From NCBI RefSeq assembly GCF_009914755.1, contig NC_060943.1: a DNA stretch of 64,000 bases. The stretch is one strand, 5' to 3'. The translations under genes and the position numbers were made by a program. This DNA comes from the human T2T-CHM13v2.0 reference genome, Homo sapiens. The number at the start of each line of letters is the position of its first letter. The first letter of the stretch is position 1. Of the stretch, positions 48,136-63,819 are shown piece after piece. The notes under the pieces were generated by a model, which had not been told where the DNA came from, did no database searches, and saw only the letters and a program-made list of their open reading frames with translations.

Positions 48136-48581
48136 TCAAAAGAGCTCAGTTACTCAGAGGCTGCAGAAACTAGAAATATGAAATCTAGAATTGCACTGCC
48201 CAATATTGTAGCTAATGATTTGTTAATTAAAATTCAATAATATGTAAAATTCAGCCCCTGCCTGCCTCACATTAGTCGTATTTGTAATGCTCATGACAGT
48301 GCTGCTCTGAATTATGGAGCCGAGAATGCTTCTTAGAATATGGTGCAAGGGCCAGGCACAGTGGCTCACACCTGTAATCCCAGCACTTTCGGAAGCCGAG
48401 ATGGGAGGATCACTTGAGCCCAGGAGTTTGAGGCCAGCTTAGGGAACATGGCAAAAGCCCATCTCTACAAATAAAAAATTTAAAAAGTAGCCAGGCTTGG
48501 TGGCAAGCGCCTACAGTCCCAGCTTCTCGGGAGGCTGAGGCAAGAGAATCACTTGAGCCTGGGAGGTTGAGGCTGCGGTGA

Positions 48582-49016
<435 letters not shown>

Positions 49017-49471
49017 TAGGGGTTCCTGGTAAGAAACACACATTTCTAGGTTCATTCCAGACCTGTTTAGTCAGAATCTCTGACCATAGAGCTTGAGAAT
49101 TTGCATTTAAGCAGGTTCTTCCAGGTCATTCCTTTGTTGGTCCCTATTAGGCAACAGCCTCCCTAGGGGAAAAAGGAGGTGAAAGTCATCTTGTGTTTCC
49201 TGCTGGAAGGACCACTTTAATTTGGGCTCCAAGATTTGAGAGCTATCAACAAATGGGATCTTCAGATCCAGATATTGAGGAGGATCAGATATGATTGTGG
49301 GCCCGGCGCAGTGGCTCATGCCTGTAATCCCAGCACTTTGGGAGGCCAAGGTGGGTGGATCATGAGGTCAGGAGTTCAAGACCAGCCTGGCTAACATGGT
49401 GAAACCCTGTCTCTACTAAAAATACAAAAAAATTAGCCAGGCATGGTGGCGGGCACCTGTCATCCCAGCTA

Positions 49472-49921
<450 letters not shown>

Positions 49922-50254
49922 TCATTTTTTTGAGACGGGGTTTCGCTCTTCTTGCCCAGGCTGGAGTGCAATGGTGCGATCTCCGGCTTACCACAACCTC
50001 TGCCTCCTGGGTTCAGGCAATTCTCCTGCCTCAGCCTCCCGAGTAGCTGGGATTACAGGCATGTGCCACCACACCCGGCTAATTTTGTATTTTTAGTAAA
50101 GACAGGATTTCTCTATGTTGGTCAGGATGGTCTTGAACTCCCAACCTCAGGTGATCCGCCCGCCTCGGCCTCCCAAAGTGCTGGGATTACAGACGTGAGC
50201 CACCGCGCCCGGCTGAAAAACATTTTAAAAAGATATAAGTGTGGTCTTCAGTGA

Positions 50255-50952
<698 letters not shown>

Positions 50953-51075
50953 TAGTAGAGATGGGGTTTCACCATGCTGGCCAGGCTGGTTTCAAACTCC
51001 TGACCTCAGGTGATCCACTCGCCTCGGCATTCCAAAGTGCTGGGATTACAGGAGTGAGCTCCCACACCTGGCACT

Positions 51076-52010
<935 letters not shown>

Positions 52011-52223
52011 TGATCCACCCGTCTTGGCCTCCCAAAGTGCTGGGATTGCAGGCATGATCCCAGGTGTAATCCCAAAATTAGGCACATGGCCTAATTTTGT
52101 ATTTTTAGTAGAGATAGGGTTTCACCATGCTGGCCAGGCTGGTTTCAAACTCTTGACCTTGGCTGGGCACAGTGGCTCACGCCTGTAATCCCAGCACTTT
52201 GGGAGGCCTAGGCAAGCAGATCA

Positions 52224-52520
<297 letters not shown>

Positions 52521-53440
52521 TTACAGGCATGAGCCACCGTGCCCGGCCCTATTTTATTTTCTTCCTAGCACTTAACACTCACTGAAATGACCATCATTTG
52601 CTTTTGTTTTATTTATTCAACAAGTATTTACTGAGGACCTACTGTGTGTAGGCATTCCAGGCAGAGGGAACAGCAGGTGCAAAGGCCCTGGGGTGGGAAC
52701 ATGCTAAGTAGTGTTTAAGATGTTAGAGATAGCCAGGCATGGTGGCTCATGCCTGTAATCCCAGCACTTTGGGAGGCTGAGGTGGGAGGAGCACTGAGCC
52801 CAGGAGTTTGAGAGCAGCCTGGGCAACATGGTGAAACCCTGTCTCTACAAACAATACAAAAAAGCAGGCCAGTGTGTTGGCACATACCTGTAGTTCCACC
52901 TACTTGGGAGATTGAGGTGGGAGGATGGCTTGAGCCCAGGAGGTCAAGGCTGCGGTGAGCTGTGATTACGTCACTGCACTCCAGCCTGGGTGACAGAGTC
53001 AGACCCTGTATCAAAAAAAAAAAAAAAAAAAAAAAAAGTTAGAGAGCCATAAATAGCCAGGCAAGTTGGCTCACACCTGTAATCTCAGCACTTTGGGAGG
53101 TTGAGGCAGGCAGATCTCTTAAGCCTAGGAGTTCAAGACCAGCCTGGGCAACATGGAAGAATCATGTCTCTACAAAAAAAGAAAATTAGCAGGCTTATAA
53201 TCCCAGTTACTAGGAAGCCTGAGGTGGAAGTATCACCTGAGCCCATGAGCCCAGGAGGTTGAGGCTGTAGTGAGCTGTGATTGCACCACTGCACTTGAGC
53301 CTGGGTAACAGAGTAAGACCTTGTCTCAAAAAAAAACAAAAAAACAACACTGGAGATACATTAGTAAATAAGGCAGGTGCAGTCCTATATTCACAGTGCT
53401 TGTATTTTAATGGGGGTAGAGACAGATAAATTGATACATA

Positions 53441-53892
53441 TTAGGTTGGTGCTAAAATCATTGCGGTTTTTGCCATTAAAAGTCATTGTAGGCTGGGCAC
53501 GGTAGCTCACGCCTGTAATCCCAGCACTTTGGGGGGCCGAGGTGGGTGGATCACAAGGTCAGGAGATTGAGACCATCCTGGCTAACACGGTGAAACCCTG
53601 TCTCTACTAAAAAAAAAAATACAAAAAATTAGCCTGGTATGGTGGCGGGCACTAGTAGTCCCAGCTACTCAGGAGGCTGAGGCAGGAGAATGGCGTGAAC
53701 CCAGGAGGCGGAGTTTGCAGTGAGCCGAGATCGGGCCATACACTCTAGCCTGGGTGACAGAGCGAGACTCCATCTCAAAAAAAAAAAAAAGTCATTGCGG
53801 TTTTTGCCATTAAAAGAAATAGCAAAAGTCATTGCAATTTTTGCTATTAAAGGTAATGGCAAAAACCGCAATGACTTTTGCACCAACTTAAT
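53441..53892. mobile_element. MADE1 (Hsmar1-derived MITE) with triplicated left arm and an AluY-like insertion
   Basis: TTAGGTTGGTGC...TTGCGGTTTTTGCCATTA arms and inverted TAATGGCAAAAACCGCAATGACTTTTGCACCAACTTAA. Confidence 0.88.
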
Positions 53893-55559
53893 AATATATA
53901 CTGCCAGGTAATAAGCAAGTGACTCCTTTCTGAGGAGGTGGCATTTGAGCAGAGTCCTGAAGGGGGAGATAGAGAACCCTGTGGGTACTTGGGGAAAATC
54001 TATTGACTCCAGCCTGGCCTGTGCCTTTTTCCCCCACCCCACCCCCCATCCCATCTAGGGTTCAGGTTTCCAAACAGAGGTTGTTGTCTCAACTGCTAGA
54101 GAAGGGGAATTCCGATGGGGGTTGCAGGCCCTCAGCCTCTGCGGTCTGCCTTCTCTCCCACTGGCTGTCCTAGTCTTTGAGCTGGTGTTGCTGTGTGGGG
54201 CTCCAGCTTGGGTGCCTAGGGTCCCCCATCAAAGGGTTCATGCCTGAAATCCCAGCACTTTGGGAGGCCAAGGTGGAGGCAGGAGGATCGCTTGAGCCCA
54301 GGAGTTCGAGACCAGCCTGGGCAACATAGGGAGACCCCCCATCTCTACAAAAAAAAAAAAAAAAAAAATTAGCCAGGCATGGTGGTGCATGTCTGTGGTC
54401 CCAGCTACTTGGGAGGCTGAAGTGAACCATGATGGCACCAACTGCACTACAGCCTAGGCAACAGAGCAAGACCCTGTCTCAAAAAACAAACAAACAAAAA
54501 AACTCTAGACTTTTCTTCAAAGGAGCCACTGAGCCGGCTGCCTGCAGACAAAAGAGAAGAGTATCACCAGGGAACCCACCGAGGGACCCACCCGAGGCTG
54601 CATCCTATCTTGGCTTCTCCTGGTTCTTGATGAACTTCGTGGCTCCTCCTTCCATGGCAAAGAGGGAGCTAAGTGGCCTCTCTCTGTCTTTTTTTTTGCT
54701 CTGCTCTGTCGCGCAGGCTGGAGTGCAGTGCCGTGATCTTGGCTCACTGCATTCTCCACCTCCCGGATTCAAGCAATTCTCTTGCCTCAGCTTCCTGAGT
54801 AGCTGGGACTACAGGCACCCGCCACCACACCCAGCTAATTTTTGTATTTTTTGCAGAGACGGGGTTTCCCTATGTTGGCAGGCTGGTCTCGAACTCCTGA
54901 TCTCAAGTGACCCACCCACCTCAGCCTCCCAAAGTGCTGGAATTATAGGAGTGAGCCACTGCACTCAGCTGAGTGGCCTTTCTCTAGCCCAGTGGTGGAT
55001 CCAGTATGGTCTGGAGTCAGCCTGCTTGGGTTCAAATCCAGACAGGCGCTACCCCGACTAGCGCTGTGTGACTCTGAGCAGTTTGCTTGATCTCTCTGAA
55101 CTCACACCTCCATAAGAGTTTATAGTAACTTCCACCTCCTGAGCAGTCAAGTCTTTATGCCTGGAAAGTGCTCGGTGAAGATCAGCCATTACTTTTGGGA
55201 ACACCGTGTCTAAGGGTGGGTATCTGGGTTCTTTGTAGCCCCCTCAAACCATCTCTCCAGCTCCCCGGGAGGCACATACAATTGGGAGGATGTAGGAGCC
55301 TCCCACCACCTGCCAGGCTGTCTCCTTCAGAGAAAGCAGGGAGATCCCAGACCGAGTTAATCCCTGGGAGGTGCAGGTGAGTTGCCCCTGGGAAAGATCC
55401 CGGTTGACCTCTGTTTTCTCCTGGCTCAGGCCGGGTTAAGGGTGTCAGGAGCACAGAATGGGAAGGTTGGCAAAGGATGAGTTACTCAGGCAGCAGCCCC
55501 CCTCCTGTTCCATCCAGCCCAGCCATGGGGCGCTCCTGGGGGAAATTGCTCCCCGAAAA

Positions 55560-55599
55560 GACACACCAACCACAGGAAACAGAAATTGAACCGTTTATT
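55560..55599 (-). terminator. S1PR2: S1PR2 polyadenylation signal and GU-rich downstream element (3'UTR about 57978-55575)
   Basis: AATAAA at 55599-55594 followed by TTTCCTGTGGTTGGTGTGTCTTTT on the minus strand. Confidence 0.8.
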
Positions 55600-56071
55600 A
55601 GCCTAGGTCTGGGTTTCAGGCATTGCGGAGGCACGTCTGGGGAGCTCTATGAGGGGAAACAAGCCCCTGACTGGCTCCTTGCCCCCCAAAGACCCGCTCC
55701 CCCAGGCTTTGCATTCACAAGAAATTACTCTGAGGCATGAGGTTTCCTTCCCCAAGGTGAGCTGCACCCCAGCTCTCCAGTGGGAGGATGGGCCAGCAAT
55801 TCCAAAGGGGTCTGGGCAGGACCAGAGCTCCCCGACTTTGGCAGCTTCAACACAAACATGAGCAGACAGGACAGCATTCATTCTGGGGGAAATGTGACGA
55901 GGAGAGGAGGGTCACAGACATCACGCCTATGTGCACACGCGCGCGCGCACACACATACACACACACACACATAAATATACGTTTGTACCGTAACATCCCT
56001 TCCATTATCCACAGGATTTTGTGAAGTCCTTCTGGGGGGTTAGGGGAGAGTGTCCCCAGGAAATGTCCCTA

Positions 56072-56368
<297 letters not shown>

Positions 56369-57214
56369 TCAGCCTGGGTGACACAGTGAGACTCCATCTC
56401 AAAAACAAAACAAAAATCTTGAAACTGTCTCAAAAAAAAAATCTTGAAAGAAGACATAGCGGGGTTCTTGAAAGAAGACACAGAGAAGGCTCAAGGCTTC
56501 TCTCTGCCTTGCTCAGGAGACCTGGTACCTTAGCTGGGGCTGCAGGTGTGGAGCTGAGAATAGCTTGGGGGGTGGCTGTTTTTGAAAGGAGGGTGTCTGT
56601 GCAAATATCACACCCAGAATTTTCTCAAGTTGCGCCTTGCATCAAGAGTCCCAAAGTCCTCCCCAGCCACCCAAACTCGTTTTTCTCACTTTTGGTGATT
56701 ATTCTGTGCCCCAAATAGTGCAACTGAGCAATGAGGTCTGAGAATGAGGAATGGACCTCAGCCGCCATCCCCTCCCCACCTCCAGCCGTGGTTTCCGGGC
56801 CTCAGAGAGACGGGGAGAAGTCGTCAAGTGGCAGCTGATGAAATTTGGGGAAGCTGTGGATTTGGGCTCTGGATGGTCAGAGAGGAGGCCTCTAGCTCCT
56901 CAGGACAGTGGTTCTGTAGTCGCACGAAGTTGCCCAGAGAAGGTGGCAGGAGGAATACATTCGAAAAGGAGAAATCGGTGCAGGACTAGGGGCCAGGGAA
57001 GAAAATGCAGAAATTCTTTGTACCGCCAGGTGAGGTGGCTTACGCCTGTAATCCCACACTTTGGGAGGCCAACACGGGCGGATCATGAGGTCAGGAGTTC
57101 GAGACCAGCCTGGCCAACATGGTGAAACCCCGTCTCTACTAAAAATACAAAAAAAAAAAAAATTACCTGGGCGTGGTGGTAGGCACCTGTAATCCCAGCT
57201 ACTCAGGAGGCTCA

Positions 57215-57355
<141 letters not shown>

Positions 57356-57433
57356 TCACGCCTGTAATCCCAGCACTTTGGGAGGCCGAGGCGGGCGGAT
57401 CACGAGGTCAGGAGATCAAGACCATCCTGGCTA

Positions 57434-57760
<327 letters not shown>

Positions 57761-57978
57761 CTAGCCACTGGACTGGCCCTCAGGACCGCACTGCAACACT
57801 GCTATGTGACTAGTCAGTGCCTTATCTGGCCTTTCCAGGTGTGAAATATTTGCAACATCACCCAGGTCTGTGGGGCGGGGGCATCTGGCTCAGTAGCCCC
57901 ACGTCTCTATCTGGGGTCACCCAGTGGCCTCTCCATGAACCCCTCTGCCCTGGCCTGGTTGTTGGTCCACCCCCACCC

Positions 57979-59040
57979 TCAGACCACCGTGTTGCCCTCC
58001 AGAAACGTGGGTGACGTGGGCATGTGCATGCCCCTCTCCAGGGAGCTGGAGCTGCGGAGTGGCAGGAGGTGGTGGCCCGGGGTCCCGCCCCGCCTCCGTC
58101 CTTGCACCCCCACCCCCGGCCGCCAGCACTGCAGCGGCCGAAGCACCTCCCGCCGCAGGTCCCGGCTGCGCCACGTGTAGATGACGGGGTTGAGCAGGGA
58201 ATTCAGGGTGGAGACGGCGAAAAAGTAGTGGGCTTTGTAGAGGATCGGGCAGGAGTGGACGGGACAGGCATAGTCCAGAAGGAGGATGCTGAAGGCGGGC
58301 AGCCAGCAGACGATAAAGACGCCTAGCACGATGGTGACCGTCTTGAGCAGGGCTAGCGTCTGCGGGGCGGCCATGTCAGCGTGGCTTGAGCGGACCACGC
58401 AGTAGATGCGCACGTACAGGGCCACGATGGCCAACAGGATGATGGAGAAGATGGTCACCACGCACAGCACATAATGCTTGGCGTAGAGAGGCAGGACAGT
58501 GGAGCAGGCCTCGAGGTGGCCCAGGCAGTTCCAGCCAAGGATGGGCAGGCCACCGAGGACCAGCGAGATGAGCCACGAGGCCCCGATGAGCAGAAGCATG
58601 CGGCAGCTCTTGTCGCTGCCATACAGCTTGACCTTGGCAATGGCCACGTGGCGCTCAATGGCGATGGCCAGGAGGCTGAAGACAGAGGCCGAGAGCGTGA
58701 TGAAGGCAGAGCCCTCCCGGGCAAACCACTGCACAGGCGTCAGCCTCAGCGTGACAGAGCCAGAGAGCAAGGTATTGGCTACGAAGGCCACGCCTGCCAG
58801 TAGATCGGAGGCGGCCAGGTTGCCCAGAAACAGGTACATTGCCGAGTGGAACTTGCTGTTTCGGGCCACCGCAATGAGCACCAGAAGGTTTTCCACCACA
58901 ATGGCGCAACAGAGGATGACGATGAAGGCCGAGGCCACCTGGCGGGAGGTCGTCTCCTGCGTTTCCAGCGTCTCCTTGGTATAATTATAGTGTTCCTGGA
59001 CCTTGTTGGGGTTCAGGTACTCCGAGTACAAGCTGCCCAT
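57979..59040 (-). CDS. S1PR2: Sphingosine-1-phosphate receptor 2 (EDG5), class A GPCR, 353 aa, intronless CDS
   Basis: MGSLYSEYLNPNKVQEHYNYT N-terminus, seven hydrophobic segments, LAASD, ERH (DRY equivalent), CWLP, NPVIY; strong Kozak CCACCATGG. Confidence 0.99.
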   Translation of the reverse strand: MGSLYSEYLNPNKVQEHYNYTKETLETQETTSRQVASAFIVILCCAIVVENLLVLIAVARNSKFHSAMYLFLGNLAASDLLAGVAFVANTLLSGSVTLRLTPVQWFAREGSAFITLSASVFSLLAIAIERHVAIAKVKLYGSDKSCRMLLLIGASWLISLVLGGLPILGWNCLGHLEACSTVLPLYAKHYVLCVVTIFSIILLAIVALYVRIYCVVRSSHADMAAPQTLALLKTVTIVLGVFIVCWLPAFSILLLDYACPVHSCPILYKAHYFFAVSTLNSLLNPVIYTWRSRDLRREVLRPLQCWRPGVGVQGRRRGGTPGHHLLPLRSSSSLERGMHMPTSPTFLEGNTVV

Positions 59041-59100
59041 GGTGGGGCTCAGAGGCCTGCTGGGGCCATGGGGCTTTCAGAACTGCAGAGAAGACAGACA
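59041..59100 (-). other. S1PR2: S1PR2 exon 2 splice acceptor (exon starts 59082) and 42-nt 5'UTR part containing a 6-codon uORF (59069-59049)
   Basis: TGTCTGTCTTCTCTGCAG|TTCTG; ATG GCC CCA GCA GGC CTC TGA. Confidence 0.88.
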
Positions 59101-61754
59101 GACAGACAGACAATAGGTCAGAGCTGTGGCTGCTACCTGGGCTCTGGCCTCGGATGGGCTGAGATTCAATTTCCTGCTCTGTTACTCTTCGAGGAAGGGC
59201 CACATGAATTCAGAATCATCATCATCCCCACTTACAGATGGGAAACCCAGAGAGATTAATTCACTTTCCTAAAGTCTCAAATTTAACCAGCGGCAGGGCC
59301 AGAGAGACTGGCTCTGCGGCCTCTATAAGCCCTAGGCTACGCTCTTTCTTATTTATTTTATTTATCTATATTTTAAAGACAAGGTCTTGCTCTGTCATTC
59401 AGGCTGGAGTGCAGTGGCGCAATCATAGCTCCCTGCAGCCTTGAACTCCTGGGCTCAAGTGATCCTCCCACCTCAGCCTCCCACCTCAGCTTCAGCTACA
59501 AGCACATGCCACCACGCCTGGCTAATTTTTTTTTTTTTTTTTTTTTTTGAGATGGAGTCTCCCTCTGTTGCCCAGGCTGGAGTGCTGCGGCACGGTCTTG
59601 GCTCACTGCAACCTCCTCCTCCTGGGTTCAAGTGATTCTCCTGCCTCAGCTTCCTGAGTAGCTGGGATTACGGGCACCTGCCACCAGGCCCAGCTAATTT
59701 TTTTTTTATTTTTAGTAGAGACAGGGTTTCACCATGTTGGCCAGCATGGTCTCGAACTTCTGACCTCATGATCCGCCTGCCTCGGCCTCTCAAAGCGCTG
59801 GGATTACCAGTGTGAGCCACCGGGCCCAGCCGCCTGGCTAGTTTTTTTGTTTTTTAGAGATTGGGTCTCACTGTGTTGTCCAGGCTGGTCCTGAACTCCT
59901 GGCTTCAAGCAATTCTCCTCGGCCTCTCAAAGCAATGAGATTACAGGTATGAACCATGACATCTTGCCTCTTTTAATTTTCATTATTATTTTCTAGAGAT
60001 AGGGTCTTGCTCTGTCACCCAGGCTGGAGTGCAGTGGCATGATCATAGCTCACAGTTGTCTCTACTCCTGGGCTCAAGTGATCCTCCTGCCTCAGTCTCC
60101 TGAGTAGCTACACGCTTTCAAAGGGAAAGAAGCTCCCCCAAATGGCATGAAAAATATAATGTGGACTTCCAGAAACCTTGCCCACCTACCCAGAGAGCAA
60201 GCCCTAGGCAGGTCCTGGAGGGTTTGTCTCTTTTCTGGAACACACAGGCGCCTGCGCCCTCATGCTGACCTGGGTCAGGGAGAGTCTCACCACTGATAGC
60301 TCCGTGCCCTGCTCATTCATTACCACCCACTAACGCTGGATTTCAGGCTGGGTCTAAGCCTTGAGGCCACGGGTGCTCCCAAGATAAGGTCTTGGGGAGA
60401 CACCAGGGCGGCCCTGAGATTCAAACATCCCAGAGGTCACACCATCTTCAAGGACACAGACCTTGAAGGCAATCCAGAATTTGCTCCCATTCCACCTCTG
60501 AAACACTGGGCAAGTCCCTAGACGCTGTCTCAGCCTGAACCTCCTTATCTGTGCAATAGAGAGAAGAAAGCCCACTTCATGGGGGTGATGGGAAAATCCT
60601 TTTAAATGACGCATGAGGCACGTTTAGCTCATAGTAAGCACTCAACAAATACTGCCAAATGTTATTAGCTCCCCTCTTTCCTCCAGTCCTTTGGGAAGGG
60701 AAGGGATGTAAGCCAACCAGACGAGATCTCCAACAGCCTGTTCTCATCAGCACCATCTAGCTCTGCCCTGGGACAGAAGGTCCTGCCGGGATGGGCAGGG
60801 CGCTGGCACCCCCTCCCCAGCCAGGATGAAATCCAGATGTGAGGCCCCTGGAACAAACAGGGTGGAGTCCTCACTCTGCAGTCACATCCGGTGTGAGGAA
60901 GGCGGGATGTAGGGGGAGTCAGGATGGGAGAGACCCCATCTGGGAGGTCCTGGCTGGGAGGATGGGGCAGCTTTGCTGAAGTCATGTGAGCCGTGAAGGG
61001 GTGTGCAGCCCCGCCGGGAGGGGGTAAGGCATTTGTTCCATGAAAACCTGAGTCACCCCCCCAACCCCCTCCCATCCCTCCCCTCCACCCTCTTCCATCC
61101 CTCCCTCTACCCCCTCCCATCCCCCCCCATCGCCACCCACCAAGGAAAACTGAGCCGTGGTGGGAGGGGGCGGGGAGAGGCGCTCCTCGGCAGAGAGGAT
61201 GAGAGGCAGACACCATGGCCTTCCCCCAGCTTGGGGGTAGGGTTAGGGGTTGTCAGAGGCGCCAGTGCAGTGTATGCCTTTCATGAAGGGAGAGGAAGTT
61301 CCAGCCTTAGCTAAATGGGAGGGAGGGGGGAGAGTAGGGGGAGTCCTCCTCAGGTCCCTAGAAACACGTCTGGCAAGGACTGTGTGCACCGTTCCAGAAA
61401 AGTCTGGTTAGGCCAGTTCTCCTGAGCCCAGGAGTGATGGAGGTTTCCGGAGTCACCCAGCCATCTCAGTCCCTGGCCGCCCCCTCCAAGGGGCATCCTG
61501 GCCCCTGGCTGGATAGAGGCAGCTGCTCCCCCAGGGCGGAGGGACATCCGTCCTAGTTTGGGAACAGACAAGGGCTTGTGCACGTCCCCGGGGACTGCTG
61601 CCCCTCCCAGATAGCCACACAGAGGCCCCTTGTTCCCTTGCTGGACGCAGCCCCGGGCATCTTGATGCCCTCTGCACGCTGCAGCCAGTCCCAGGCAGGC
61701 TTGGGCCCAGGCTGCGGCTGGATCAGACACAGCTGATGGGCCGGAAACAGCCCA

Positions 61755-61895
61755 TGCTCTGATTGGCTCATTTTCAATCCAAGGGCACTGAGCAATTTGC
61801 CTATTGGCCCGGGCTTTCCATCTTCTGCCTCTGATTGGTCCAGTTGGGGGCGCTCTACGGCCAGCCCTACCGATGGGGTCCTTTATAGGCGACGG
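61755..61895. promoter_or_regulatory. Candidate regulatory element in S1PR2 intron 1: triple CCAAT, CTCF-like and TATA-like motifs
   Basis: ATTGG at 61762, 61803, 61834; CCAGTTGGGGGCGCT at 61840-61854; CTTTATAGG at about 61881-61889. Confidence 0.5.
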
Positions 61896-62106
61896 GAGCT
61901 CAGGCTTTCTGAGGATAGAGTTAATGCTATGTGGACGTCCCTAGGGGGAGTTTGAACCGCAGCCTGACCTCTGGGTCACCCCGACCAGACACCCCCAGGC
62001 TGCCCTGGCCTGCTGGGCCCCTCCTGGGGTTCATAAGTGAGAATCAAGGTCCCTTTCCAGGCCTGGGGAGCACGCTGTGCAGTGCAGCCGCCCCCTCTGC
62101 TGCTCA

Positions 62107-62497
<391 letters not shown>

Positions 62498-63060
62498 CTA
62501 AGCAGTCTGTCTTTTTCCCTGAGAGGAAGACTGGGGGTGCTGCACTCTCACCTTCTGCAGCCCGGGGAGGCTAAGGCATTCACAGAGGGAGAAGCAGCTC
62601 TCCTAGAGAAGGGGAAACTGAGGCCCACATTCTATCCAAGACTCATCTTAACCACTAGGACTTTACTGAGGCAAGCACTTGGGTGGTTGACGCCTCCCAG
62701 AAAGAGGAAGCAGGGCACTGAGGTTGGAGCTGGCAGAAGAGTCACCCCCTAGGTGGATGGCGTGGCCTAGCCCATGTCCCCTCCCTGTGTAAGGTTACCA
62801 GGTTTTGAGAAGGACACAGAGCCTGTCTCCCGGTCACCTTCACCAAGTCTGCCCTGACTCCCTCTCAGAAGCTCAGAAAGAGGCCACTGGGCTCACATAG
62901 AATGTCCAGGCCTGAAATGGAACAGGAGGGACAAGTGATGGGGTTTGGAAGGAAGGGAAGAGAGATAGACTCAGACGACTGTTTGTCTGGAGATTAGGAG
63001 AGGGGAAGGATGGAGGAAGCCTCAGTGGCTTCCAAGGTCCTCTCCACCCACTCCCAGTTC

Positions 63061-63819
63061 CAGAAAGGCAGGCCCTGTGGTTACAGTTCCCCCTGGTCAC
63101 CCATGGAGCCCGTGGTAGCCACCCTACCTTTTGGTTTCTCTGTGGTTGTCAGGACCCCCTACCCTGCCATTCTCTACCAAGCAGCCAGGGGGAGCTTTTA
63201 AACTTGTAACTCCATGTCACTCCCCAACTCCAAATTCTTCCATGGCTCCCTATAGCCCAAGTAGCATGGCCCCTGCCGATGAAGCCTCCTCCCACTCTTC
63301 CCCCAGGGCCATTCCACTCCAACCACACTAAACCTCCTCCATGCTACCCCTACCCCTACCTCCAAGCCTTTACCCCTGCTGTTCTTCTTGGGGCACACTC
63401 TTTTTCTCAAAAAAAAAATTTTTTTTTTTTGAGACAGAGTCTCACTCTGTTGCCCAGGCTAGAGTGCAGTGGTGTGATCTCGGCTCACCACAACCTCTGC
63501 CTCCTGAGTTCAAGCGATTCTCCTGCCTCAGCCTCCTGAGTAGCTGGGATTATAGGTGCCTACCACCACACCTGGCTAATTTTTGTATTTTTAGTAGAGA
63601 TGGGGTTTCACCATGTTGGCCAGGCTGGTCTGGAACTCCTGACTTCAGGTGATTCACCTGCCTAAGCCTAGGAAAGTGCTGGGATTACAGGCATGAGCCA
63701 CCACGCCTGGCCTTTCCTCAAATCTTTGAATGACTGTCTCCCCATCTTTCAGAAAGGCAGGCCCTGTGGTTACAGTTCCCCCTGGTCACCCATGGAGCCC
63801 GTGGTAGCCACCCTACCTT
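63061..63819 (+). repeat. Perfect 70-bp dispersed direct repeat (63061-63130 and 63750-63819)
   Basis: Base-by-base identical copies of CAGAAAGGCAGG...CCCTACCTT. Confidence 0.95.

Noticed and set aside
55982-55992. Possible miR-126-3p site in the S1PR2 3'UTR
   Set aside because: Only an offset 6-mer (CGGTAC followed by A), not a canonical seed match
57917-59259. Antisense and alternative-frame ORFs over S1PR2 (e.g. 58499..58984 +)
   Set aside because: Shadow ORFs of a GC-rich coding exon, no recognisable product
60665-61216. 183-aa Gly-rich minus-strand ORF
   Set aside because: Low-complexity G-run intronic sequence with no recognisable homology
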